A DNA stretch of 64,000 bases. Source: Heteronotia binoei. Its lineage: Eukaryota. The stretch lies in contig NC_083231.1 of the NCBI RefSeq assembly GCF_032191835.1, forward strand, positions 126,356,001 through 126,420,000, written 5' to 3'. Each line of letters starts with the position of its first letter. Within the stretch, counting starts at the first letter, position 1. The notes beneath the pieces are model-generated. The model made no database searches, had not been told where the DNA came from, and saw only the letters and a program-made list of their open reading frames with translations. Of the stretch, positions 11,725 to 23,170 are shown piece after piece. A program made the translations under genes and the position numbers.

Positions 11725-12950
11725 TGCCGCTCGGGGTGGGCGGCGGAGGCGGCGGGTGTGCCCCTGGGCTGGAGGAGTTCGGGAGGCGGCCTTCCTCCTC
11801 CCTCCCCCTGCTGCTCTGTCTTTCGACCCGCTCGGACCGGGCTCCTTCGTGCCCGCCTTCTCCAGTCCAGGCAGCTCTGGAGTCCTTGCGGTAAAGGGCA
11901 GCGGACCAGCTGGCAGGTTCGCTGGTGGCGGCTGCCCTTGGGCTCGCACCGGATTCGCCCCCCAAGTATCCCAGCGGGCCGCTCCATGGGCCCCCCTTCT
12001 GATCGGTGCTCCCAGCCCCTTTCCGCGAAGAAGAAGGAGCCCTTCGGGGCCTCTGCCTGCTTCCCCTTGGGGACGCTTGGCTCCAAGGGGGGGGGGGGGC
12101 GCCAGCACACCAGGGGGTCTCGGCCGGGGCGCGAGGCAAGAGCTGGCGCCAGTGAAGAGGCCTGGCTGGCACGGCAGCCCCCGGAGGGGGAGGGGGGCCT
12201 CCCGGCAGACCTTTGCCCTACAGCTGCCCCCCCCCCCCGCAGGACCAGTCCTGGCTTCTCCCTCCCCCTGCGCCCCTTGCCAGGCCGGGACCTGCCGGCG
12301 GTGCGGGGAGCGGGGCTCCTAGGGGCTGCGGCGGCGAGGAAGCGGAGGAGGAGACAGGATGGGCGGGCAGGGCGCGCTGGGCGGAGTGGTGCGGAGAGGC
12401 GGGAGCCGGCTTTGGGCCGCGGGCGCGGCGGCCGAGAGGAAGGGGGGCGGGGGCGGCGGGGGCGGGCAGCGAGCGCTTCATGCGGTTACGACGTGTCTGA
12501 TTGAGGCAAGAGGCGCCAGCCGCTCCCCGGGGAGCGCAGGGGACCCTGAGCAGGGCCGCCCTAATGCAATCTGCGGCCTCCCAAATCCGATTAGCCCGGA
12601 ATTAACCCGGCAGAGAGAGAGGGCGAACCAGGAGAGCGCTGGCCAGAGAAGCGGCCTGTCCCGCGCTGGGCCTGCGGGCGGGGGCGACGAGATGGCCCCG
12701 GGGCGGGGAGGCTGCTGGCGCTCGGCACCTGGCCCTGGGCACCACCCAGCCCAGCCAGAGCCTTCCTGGGCGGGGGGGGGGGGGACTCCGGTGGCTGGCC
12801 CGGCCAGCTTGGCAGCAGAGGAGAGAGCGGGGGGGGGGGCTCCGAGCTCCCGCGGGGTTTTCAGCCCCCGGACAGACAGACAGACAGACAGAGGGCCGCT
12901 TTCTGCCCGGAGGTCATCGCCGGCCTCAGTGTCCCTGTCTGCAAAAGGCA
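11725..12950. promoter_or_regulatory. CpG island with clustered homeodomain cores (candidate distal enhancer or promoter)
   Basis: CpG-dense. TGATTGA at 12498 and three TAAT/ATTA cores within ~45 bp (12562-12604) in GC-rich DNA. No coding homology recognised. Confidence 0.4.
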
Positions 12951-13059
12951 GCCCGGGGAGGGCTGGCAATGGAGGGGCGTCTCCCCCCTTCCCCCAGTGC
13001 TCTGCTCCGAAGTCCGGCTGTGCTGACCGGGCTCTGCCCCCAAGCCGGCCGGGCGCAAC

Positions 13060-13430
13060 CCAAAGCGGTGATCTGATCACCATCTCCAAGTCCTTGAAGG
13101 GCTGTCATAGAGACGGGGGGGCTAAATTGTTGTTTGTGGCCCCGGAAGGCAGGACCAGAACCAGTGGGTTGAAATTAAATCAAAAGAGTTTCCGGCTCAA
13201 CATTAGGAAGAACTTCCTGACCATTAGAGCGGTTCCTCAGTGGAACAGGCTTCCTCCTCGGGAGGTGGTGGGCTCTCCTTCCTTGGAGGTTTTTCAACAG
13301 AGGCTGGATGGCCACCTGACAGCGATGAGGATCCTGTGAATTTAGGGGGAGGCGTTTGTGAGTTTCCTGCCTTGTGCAGGGGGGTTGGACTAGGTGACCC
13401 TGGAGGCCCCCTTCCAACTCTCTGGTTCTC
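13060..13430 (+). mobile_element. CR1 LINE 3' end
   Basis: FRLNIRKNFLTIRAVPQWNRLPPREVVGSPSLEVFQQRLDGHL, then tail ggggttggactag.tgaccctggagg.cccttccaactct. Confidence 0.9.
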
Positions 13431-14444
13431 TCCCCCCAGGCGCCCGAGCTCTTCCCAGGCCAAGAAAGCCTTGCGGTGCCAGTCCTGGTGGGGTCGCTGG
13501 CTGAGGGGACGCCCCTCCCCCTCTTCGACCTGCGCTGCTGCCCTGCCCGGAGAGTTTCTTCTCCCCCCCCCCCCCCGCGCCACCAAAGAGGCTGCCGGCG
13601 GGTTGTTGAGAGAAACGGGGGCCCCGCGCGCGTGGGGGGCTGGGGGGCAGGCGCCTGCCTTCACGGTCTCTGTTTGTGTCGCCGGGGGGAGGATAATGAA
13701 AACAAAACCTGGGCTGGGGGTGCGCAGGCGAGTCAGATCTGGGGAGCTCGGCAGGGTGGGCTCTGGTTAGCGCTGGAACAGGACGGAGACCCGCGAAGAA
13801 AACCCGCCTCTATTCTCCTGAGACGGAGCAGCCTCCCCACCCCTTGCTTCGAAAAACTGCGCGGGGGGGCCACAAACCGGCTGCGATTGGCCGCGGTTCC
13901 GCACCACGAATTAAAACCAAAGCGGCCGCTGCCCCCGCTGCCCGCAGGGTGTTTTGCACTAGGGGGGACTGAAGAGCTCTCCCAGGTGGGCGTCCTGAGC
14001 CGGCAGGGAGCTAATTCCTGAGGCCCTTCACCCAGACGGTCCCTGGCTGGGGGGCCCAGAGCGCCAAGCACCCCCCCCCCCACGGTGAAGGGCGGCGAGG
14101 GGTTTCCACGCCCCCCCCATCCGCAGTTGGCCCGGTCGGAATCCTGTAGCTGGGCGGAGGGGGGTGGGGGCGGGCAGGGGCCTCCAGCCCTCCCCCTGGC
14201 AGAGGGGATGTCGTTAGCAGCGAGAGAAGCAGCGAGAGGCGCCTGGGTGCCGCTTCCCAGGGGAGGAGAAGACTCAGCGCCAGGACCCGGCAAGGGCGAA
14301 GTGGGCGGAGTTTCAGACAACGAGTATTCTTTGAAGTTTCTAGATCACTCTTGGTTCCTTTCTTGTATCAGAAACATATTCTAAATGAAATAATTTTTTA
14401 TTAGAAAAAAAACTGCAGTTTGAAGCACTGGACTCGGAGAAGAT

Positions 14445-15170
14445 TTAGGTTTTATTAAATTTTATACCCCGCCCTCCCCGCCGAGGCAGGCTCAGGGCGG
14501 CTTGCAGCAATCATCATGAAACTTAATAAAATCACTTTAAAGCAGCTGGTGCTGGTTCTGATGTTATTCAAGTTCGGTGACTCAATATTCCCTGGATTCC
14601 CCCGGCTGTTACAAGTCTCAAAGCCAGCCGGAAGCCAGCCGGAAGAGTGTGGTCTGACAGGGCTTGCGGAACTGGGCGAGGTCTAACCTCCTCCGGCAGC
14701 TGGAGGAGGGGGCTGCTACTGAAAAGGCCCGATCCCTGGAAGCTGTCAGCCTCGCCTCTCTCTGGGGATCACTAAAAGATGTTGCGTTCCCGATCTGAGT
14801 ACCCTCCGGGGGACGTGTGGAGACAGACGGTCCTTGGCCATAAAGGGCTTTGAAGGTAACGCCCAGCGCCTTGTAGCAAATGCTGTATACTATTGGCAGC
14901 CAGTTCTTGCAGCCGGCTGTTCGTGCTCCTGCATGGGCAGCCGCCGCCTTCTGCACTAGCTGTAGTTTCCGGTTGGTGACAAAAGGCAAGCCCCATGTAG
15001 AGGGCATTACAGTAGTCCAGTCTTGAGGTGACCCCTTGCATGGATTACAGTTGCCAGGTCGTCACGGTCGAGGAAAGGAGCCAACTGTTTCCCCAGCCTA
15101 AGGTGGGGAAAGGCGGATTTCGCAGTTGCTGCTATCTGGGGCCTCTATTGTCAGCGAGAGCCCCCGAAGC
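14445..15170 (-). mobile_element. L2 LINE 3' fragment, degraded
   Basis: VTSRLDYCNALYMGL, RKLQLVQKAAA and DRAFSVAAP on the minus strand; reversed L2 tail at 14445-14510. Confidence 0.8.
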
Positions 15171-16329
15171 ACCCCCAATCTTCTGACCTTCTGATTGTTC
15201 CCTGCTTGCGGTTGCCCCCTGGAAGAAGCTGGGCATTGTTCTCATTAGTCTTGATTGCTTTAATGTATCGGAAACATATTCTAAATAAAATTTTATTTTT
15301 ATTTAAAAAAAACCCAAGGAAGTCCTGAGGAGCTTCCTGGGCAGCCCCCTTCTGTCAGTCGGGGGGGGGGGGGGGGGAGGGCTTCTTCTGGCACCTAAAG
15401 CGGGGGGGCCGGGGGGGCCTCGCGTAAAACGTGGTTGGTCTCCCGGGTGCCTGGCTGGACTCAGACTCTCTTCTGCGGCTTCACACCTGGATCTCTCCCC
15501 GTCCTTCCTCTTGCTTCTTCGTTTGCTGTGAAGACCGTGGAGCTGAGAGAACAAAGAAAGAGGGGGACTCCCCCCCCCCCCTCAGAAAAGAGACGCGCCC
15601 CCCTGCAGGTGGCAGACCACAGCGCCCTGTCCCCCGCCAAATGGATGAGCCGCTAGCAGCTCCCAGCCTGCTCTCTGGAGAAAGCCGCCCGCCTCACCCC
15701 TCCCGCGGAACTCGCGAAGCAACAAGCCCCCCCCCCCCCCGCCTGGCCCCCTGCCACTTTGTTGGCGATACCAGGGGACCTCTGCCCCGAGGGCCTGGCA
15801 GCTGGGGGAGGGTCTCCCGGAAGGGGGCTTCTGGGCCGCTGCCATGTTGGATTTATTTGCTGGTCAGTCGGGACACGATGCGTTTGTTGTTTGTATCCCG
15901 TTGGCAATTGCCTGGAGTTAAACCCGGGGAATCCCAGCTGCGAGCAGATTGACCTGTAGCCTCCCGGCTGGTTACTCAGCACCTTGTCACAGTGTGGAAG
16001 AAAGAAGGCCGCGATCTGAGGGTCCGGCCGCTGCGCGCTCTCGCTCTGAGGAGAAGGAAGGCCGGACGTCCTCAGCAAGGCGTCAGACATTTGTGCTGCT
16101 TTGATTCTTTCATCCCAAGGACCTTTCCCCGAATGCTTCCCAGTAACGATGAACTTCTCTTTTGAAAGCGTGTGTGATCCTCGGCTCCAGACATCGGTCT
16201 GCACCATCACCTCTGGATTTTAAAGCGACAGCACCCCCCCCCCCCCCCCCCCCCGCAATGCAATCCAGGCAGAAGGAGCAAATGCAAAGCCAGTCCTGAG
16301 AAGACCTAGCCTGAAGGCCCCTTCCTCTC

Positions 16330-16576
16330 TCTCACAGAATCATAGAAGAGTTGGAAGGGACCTCCAGGGTCATCTAGTCCAACCCCCTGCACAAGGCAGG
16401 AAACTCACAAACCCCTCCCTCTAAAATCACAGGATCTTCATCGCTGTCAGATGGCCATCTAGCCTCTGTTTCAAAGCCTCCAAGGAAGCAGAGCCCATCA
16501 CCTCCCGAGGAGGAAGCCTGTTAGAATCATAGAAGAGTTGGAAGGGACCACCAGGGTCATCTAGTCCAACCCCCTG
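16330..16576 (-). mobile_element. CR1 3'-end fragments
   Basis: agagttggaagggacctccagggtcatctagtccaacccc is the reverse complement of the CR1 tail; duplicated. Confidence 0.8.
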
Positions 16577-17457
16577 CCTCTCGGCTTGGCTTCGCGAACG
16601 AAGATTTAAGAAGGGTGCAATAGTCCACGTCTGCTGCAGGCACGCTGGTGGCTGACAAGACCAATGCGGGACAGGCAGGTCCGGCCACAGTGGCTGCAGG
16701 GAAAAGTCTGATTTAGGGTTGGTGCTGTAGCAGCGCGATTCTTCCTAAACGTTCCAAGATTTGCCACAGGCCTTTCCTGCTAACGGTATCGAAAGCTTTG
16801 GTTCAGGGTGCTGCCGAAAAATGCTTTCGTCTCCGGGTTAGCATCAGGCGACCAATACCCTGAACCGCCTACATGCAGGATCGGGACTGCGGCTTCCAGT
16901 GGCACCTTCCACCTGCCGTTTCGCCCCTTGTCCATCGCTGCAGGACTTGATGCGTTGTGGGTTGTGTATGTGGATATGCCCTTCAGGCCTGCGCAGAGGA
17001 ATTTTTTAGGTGAAGCCCAGTGTGCGCGGTACTGGCTCCACCCTTTCACCTGGGGGTCATCTGCCATGGCCCAGTAAGCCGGGACGCCGGCAGCGAGTCC
17101 TCCAGGTGGTAGGTGTTACATTAACGAGCTCTATCTGCCCGGGTTTGATGTTAGAGTTTTCCTTCTCTTAGGCTGGCAAGGTTGGTGGGCCCAGCCTGCC
17201 CATCCGGTTATACCGCCGGACAATTCGGTCGCACCATGACGTAGCAAACTCTGTGAAAAACGGGGGGGACCAGCGAGAAGGTGTTGCTACGGATGCAGTA
17301 ATGCAGGAGAGGCCATTGCAGTGACCATCTGCCAGGCATAGCCAGACAGTGACCACGCGGCATTCACTACACCGGGAGAGGAGAGGCTATGTATTGCGCA
17401 TACACTTTCCCTGGGGGGGTAGGATACCCAGAGGGAGCCCACTCCCCCACCCCCACC
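16577..17457 (-). mobile_element. Internally deleted RTE-clade retroposon (5'UTR + ~55 nt RT + C-terminal Zn-finger/3' end)
   Basis: 11-bp TSD CCAACCCCCTG (16566-16576 / 17458-17468). KAFDTVSRKGLWQILERLG is fused directly to the FPCSHCGRTCLSRIGLVSHQRAC-type end. RTE-like 5' motif agaaggaaaactct. Confidence 0.72.
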
Positions 17458-17459
17458 CC

Positions 17460-18430
17460 AACCCCCTGCACAAGGCAGGAAACTCACAAACACCTCCCCC
17501 TAAAGACAGGATCTTCATTGCTGTCAGATGGCCAACCCCCTGCACAAGGCAGGAAACTCACAAACACCTCCCCCTAAAGACAGGATCTTCATTGCTGTCA
17601 GATGGCCATCTAGCCTCTGTTGAAAAACTTCCAATGAAGGAGAGCCCACCACCTCCCAAGGAGGAAGCCTGTTCCACTGAGGAACCGCTCTAAACTCACA
17701 AACCCCTCCCCCTAAATTCACAGGATCTTCATTGCTGTCAGATGGCCATCTAGCCTCTGTTGAAAAACCTCCAAGGAAGGAGAGCCCACCACCTCCCAAG
17801 GAGGAAGCCTGTTCCACTGAGGAACCGCTCTAACGGTCAGGAAGTTCTTCCTAATGTTGAGTCGGAAACTCTTTTGATTTAATTTAAACCCATTGGTTCA
17901 GGTCCTACCTTCTGGGGCCACAGAAAACAATTCCACACCATCCTCTATAGGACAGCCCTTCAAGGACTTGAAGATGGTGATCCTATCACCTCTCAGCCGC
18001 CTCCTCTCCAGGCTAAACATGCCCAGCTCCTTCAACCTTTCCTCGTAGGACTTGGTCTCCGGACCCCTCCCCATCTTCGTTGCCCTCCTCTGGACCCGTT
18101 CTAGCTTGTCTAGATCCTTCTTAAAATGTGGTGCCCAAAACTGAACACAAGACTCCAGCTGAGGCCTTACCAAAGCAGAGTAAAGCGATACCATCACATC
18201 ACGTGCTCTGGACACTCTACTTCTGTCAATACAGCCCAGAATTGCATTTGCCTTTTTAGCCACCGTATCACACTGTTGACTCATGTTCAGCGTATGATCC
18301 ACTAAGACCCCTAGATCCTTTTCGCACATACTACTGCTAAGACAAGTCTCCCCCATCCTATAACCAAGCATTGGATTTTTCCTACCTAAATGCAGAACTT
18401 TACATTTATCCCTGTTAAAATTCATTTTAT
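17460..18430 (-). mobile_element. CR1 LINE 3' portion with duplicated 3' segments
   Basis: ORF 17898-18425 (FNRDKCKVLHLG, EKDLGVLVD, KANAILGCI, LERVQRRATK, RRLRGD) followed by repeated 3'UTR pieces. Confidence 0.92.
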
Positions 18431-18764
18431 TGGTTTTAGCTCAGTTTTCCAGCTTGTCAAAGTCTTCCTGTATCCTGTTTCTGCCTCCTACTGCATTTGC
18501 GACCCCTCCCAATTCAGAATCACAGGCAAATTTAATAAGCATTCCCTCTGTTCCTTCATCCAAATAATCATTGATGAAGATGTTGAGCAAAACAGGTCCC
18601 CGGACAGATCCTTGAGGCGCTCCACTTGCCACTCCTCTCCAAGCGGAGGAGGAACCATTCACAAGCACTCTTCGGGTGCGGTCTGTCCTCCCCTGGTAGT
18701 AGCTATCCAGTTAGGAAGCCGGCCGGAGGACATGGTGGAGTTAACCTGGTCACCAATTCACATA

Positions 18765-19020
18765 GTAGGAGTCAAGTGGCACCTTTAAGACCAACCTTTA
18801 AGTTTTATTCAGAACGTAAGCTTTCCTGTGCTAACAGCATACTTCTTCAGACGAGGGGATCAGGTACCTGATTAGGACCTGTACCTGATCCCCTCGTCTG
18901 AAGAAGTGTGCTTTTAGCACACGGAAGCTGACGTTCTGAATAAAACTTTGTTGGTCTTAAAGGTGCCACTTGACTCCTGCTTTGTTCAACTGCTGCAGAC
19001 GAACACGGCTGCCTACTGGA
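18765..19020. mobile_element. Inverted pair of Penelope pseudo-LTR fragments with hammerhead-like cores
   Basis: Arms gagtcaagtggcacctttaagacc...cagacgagggg / cccctcgtctgaag...ggtcttaaaggtgccacttgactc. The minus arm has CTGAAGA-stem-GAAA; the plus arm has GGAA in place of GAAA. Confidence 0.75.
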
Positions 19021-22000
19021 GCCAATTAACAGAGAGGGACCTTCCTATTGACCAGTCAGCATGTTGCTTGAAGGACTGCTTTGTTGAGAAGATCTTTCAC
19101 ACCCCTTTGTCTGTGAGCAAGAATAAGCAGAATCCATGAAGGTTTTCACCTCTTGACTGTCAAGACGTCGTCAGAATACCTCAGGCTGTTTCCTGCAAGT
19201 TCTTGGGTGTAAAGTTTCTCTTTCAAGAGCGCGACACTTTGCAACGTTTAATTCCAGCAGAGCCTGCTAAGCAGACCCCGCAGCTGAGGCCTGGAGGGAC
19301 CCTGAGCTCCCCCGCCCCACCGCAGCTGGAGTCCGGCTCCCTGCCTTCAGAGCCCGGCGGCCCCTCTCTGGGCACAGCCCTGTTGCTGGAGGAGGAAGGG
19401 GAAAGTTGGAAGCAGCTGCCGAAAAACCCAGCAAGGCTTCCTTCCGTGGCTTCCTTCCATGTTGTTAGCCGCCCTGAGCCTGCTCTGGCGGGGAGGGCGG
19501 GATACAAATAAAATTTGTTGTTGTTGTTGTTGGCTTTGGCCACGTGGATCCGCGCAGCGGTGACCTCTAGCCTAGACTACTGCATGGGTCTGCCCTTGAA
19601 GTCAGCTGAGCCATCCCCGCAGGCAAAGCACGCGGCGCCTCCTTTGCTCTCAGGGTAGCACAGCAGTTCTGTAGTCCCTCCAAGGTCACCGCAAGCGCCT
19701 GGTTATCCCAGGAAAAGCTCTGGCCGGCCGGTGCGGCTCCGAGACCTGCCGCTCTCCAGCTCTGCGGGGCCACCACCACACAGCCTCCCTCGGCTGAGGG
19801 CCGCCTTCGGAAGGTGCCGGTCGGTCCGCCCCCGGGAAGATCGACCGCTGCCCGCTGGCTGCCTTCTCCGTGGCTGCTCCCTCCCCGCCTAGCAGAGGGG
19901 TCTGCCCGAGGGCTCTAGGGAGGTCCCGCGCTTCTCTAAGGCCCTGGAGGAAGAGGGCGGCTTCCTCAGCCGGGCACCGCGGCCCTGGAATCGGAGGCTG
20001 CGTGGGGGGGATGGGGGGCGGCGGCGGCTTCCTCTTCCACTCCGGCCAGGCCCTTTCCCGCCATCTCTGCCTGCGAGCCTCTTCGCTTCCTTTGCAGCCC
20101 CCCTCGCCCTCTTGCCTTCCTCCGGGGGTGGGGGGGCAGGGCGGGGCGGCCTGGCTGCTGCTGCTGCCTGGGTGTCGGCTGCTTTCTCTCGAGGTGACCC
20201 ACCCGGTGTCTCCGGGAGGCAGGTGGTGAGGGGGGAGGGCTCTATCCATCAAGGGAAGAAATGGGGAGGGCGTGGCTGGAAGCTTCGGAGCCAGGGCCTT
20301 TTCCTTCTTCCAAGGAGGCCGAGAGGGAGGCGGCGGGCCGGCAGAGCAGGCCTGCGGGGCGGGGCGCTCTTCTGGGGGCAAAGCAGCTCCCGCCAGCAGC
20401 GGAGGCCGGCCTCGCAGGGGCCCAGAGCTGCTGTCCTCGGGTCTGAGCTCACACAGTGCTGCAGCGGAGGGAGCTGCCCTGCCCTGCCCCACAAGCGAGC
20501 CTCCTCCTTTCCCCCCCGGGCTGAGAGGCCTGGGCAGGCGCCAGTCGCCCGCGGCCCTCCTCAGGGATCATCTGAACAGCCCTGCACCGCCACCCCTCCC
20601 GCTGCCTGCCCCCCAGCGGCCGCGGGGCGGGACCATGGGGGGCGGGGGGCTGAGGCTCTGGATGGAAGGACTTCCCCCCTCTCCCGATTTGCTCCTGCCT
20701 TGCCCTGCGCTGTCGCCGGCTCTTCGGCTGGCAAGGGACGCAGCTGCAGCCTGGCCCCGAAAGGCGCCCGCCTGCCCGGGGGGGGGGGGGGGGGCCTCTG
20801 CCGCGATCTGCTTGGGCAGCTGGCCCGCCGGGCCCAGAGAGGGGGGAGCCAAGGGCTTGCTGGGGGGGGGGCTTCCGCTCTGCCCTCCCCTCCCCCTCCC
20901 TTCCAGCTGGGCTTTCCTGCCCACCATCCGGCAGAGCTGGGCGGGCAGGCGGGGAGGGAGCCAGGACGGCGCCCACCCACGCGGCACTTCAGGCCGGCTC
21001 CGACCTCCCTCCGGCCGGGGTGTGTTGGCAGCTTCTGCCCATCCTCAGAGCATCCAGCCCGGAGCGCGCCCTTCTTCTCGCAGGGACAAACGGCGTCTCT
21101 GGGCCTGCAAGGAAGCAGACACCTCCCCGCCCCCAGCCCCACTTCCTCCCCAGCCCCCTCCTACGCCCAGTCCTCCCCCCCCCCCCGCAGCCCCAGGCAC
21201 CCCTCCTCCGGCACTCCCCAGCGGCCGCCAGTGCCCTCCTCCTTCTCCGCCAGCCAGCGCCTTCCTCCTCAGCCTCAGCTGTTTTGATTTTATGTATTCG
21301 GATTTGTATTCCGCCCTTCCCGCAAGCGGACTCAGGGCGGATCGCAACAGGGAAACAGAGTCAACCACCCACGACAATATATAGTAAAGACAGATAAAAT
21401 CGTTAAAACACTTGATTAAAAACAGGTCGCATCACTCGCATAACAGAGGTGGGCGAGAAGATGCAGCAGACGTAGCCAGTACTGGGATGCTCCAGCTGGC
21501 TAATCAATACATGGGGCTGGAAGTGGAGAGGAGGCGGCGCTGGGTTTTTTAGAATCTCTGGTCTCTCCTCCTCGCAAGAGTTTGAGAAGTCTCTTCGTTA
21601 AAGACGCAGGCGAGAGTAGCCGAACAGGACGCTTGCCTGTATTGTTCTGTTTGTTCTTTTCAACTCCTAGTAAAGCTGCTGTTTAAAAGCCGATATATTT
21701 GCTTCGGTGGAGGCCTCAGCGAAATGGGAACTAAGCAGAGAGGCCGGCGGAGGCCTCTTTGCGGCCCCCCTCTCCCCAATCTGCAGTGGGAGCGGATTCC
21801 ACCAGGCAGAAAACGCCCTGGCCGAGGCTAGTGGGGGGAAACAGCCAGAACCCGGGGGTCTAGTCGCCAGCCCTCTTCTGGGTCCTCTGCCAAGAGACTC
21901 CCCCCCCCCCCGCGATGCCCACACAGCCCTGGGCCGCGGCCCCGCAGAGGAGAGGAGAGAAGGGGGGAGGCGGCGGCAGCGCTCCTCAGCAGCTCCGCGG

Positions 22001-22569
22001 CGGTTCAGTTGGGGGGGGGCAGCCTCTGCTCTGCAGCTCTCTGCAAACCCCCCCCCCATTGCCCCTAAAACCAGCCCCCCCCGCTCGGTAATCCCCCCCG
22101 CCCCCGGGACCCTGAGATGCTGGGGAGGGGGGGGGGAGCGGGCACAGACAGGTTTTCAATGAATGGTTGGGAAAGAGCCGACTACATGCTGCTGCTAATG
22201 CCGAGAAGGAGCCCCCGGGGACTTGGGAAATCGCCCGCCAATTAGCCTGCCGCCTGCCGCACTTCAACCGCTGGAAACTGCTGCTGCTGTTCAAGAGGGC
22301 CTGAGGCCTCCGGAGGAAGAACCTGCCGGGCTGTGGAAGAGCCGGCTGGGCCTCCTGGGCCCCTCCCCCCCGCTAGGAGCGAGAGAGCCGCGCCATCCCT
22401 CCCCCCCTCGCGGTGGGACCCCCGCTCTGGCCAGAACTCGGCGAATCCCTTGGCCTCGACGCTGCCCGGCCGGCGGAGACTGTTGCTGGAAGGGGACGGG
22501 ATGAAGAAGAAAAACCATCCTCTTAATTTCTGCACCCTTTGATTATAGAATAATAGCCTCGTCTAAGAA

Positions 22570-23170
22570 GACTGGAGATTTATACCCCGCCCTTCTCTCT
22601 GAATCAGAGACTCAGAGCGGCTCACAATCTCCCTTATCTTCTCCCCCCGCAACAGACACCCTGTGAGGTGGGTGGAGCTGACAGGGCTCTCACAGCAGCT
22701 GCCCTTTCAAGGACAACCTTTCTTAGAGCTCTGGCTGACCCAAGGCCATTCCAGCAGCTGCAAGGGGAGGAGTGGGGAATCCAACCCCGTTCTCCCAGAT
22801 AAGAGAGCTCTGGCTGACCCAAGGCCATTCCAGCAGGTGCAAGTGGAGGAGTGGGGAATCCAACCCGGTTCTCCCAGATAAGAGAGTTCTGGCTGACCCA
22901 AGGCCATTCCAGCAGCTGCAAGTGGAGGAGTGGGGAATCCAACCCGGTTCTCCCAGATAAGAGAGCTCTGGCTGACCCAAGGCCATGCCAGGAGGTGCAA
23001 GTGGAGGAGTGAGGAATCAAGCCCGGTTCTCCCAGATAAGAGTCTGCTCACTTAACCACTATGGCTGACCCAAGGCCATTCCAGCAGCTGCAAGAGGAGG
23101 AGTGGGGAATCCAACCCGGTTCTCCCAGATAAGAGTCCGCACACTTAACCACTACACCAAACTGGCTCTC
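22570..23170 (-). mobile_element. Squam3-like SINE with internal ~79-bp tandem amplification (~5-6 units)
   Basis: Repeated ctggctgacccaaggccattccagcag(c/g)tgcaagtggaggagtggggaatccaacccggttctcccagataagagag between the SINE head (23160) and the L2-like tail (22580). Confidence 0.88.

Noticed and set aside
19686-21384. Several 270-390-aa ORFs in a CpG island
   Set aside because: Low-complexity GC-driven frames on both strands with no domain or splice-consistent structure.
21400-21720. AT-richer segment resembling another LTR
   Set aside because: Could not define TG...CA termini or a TSD; insufficient support.
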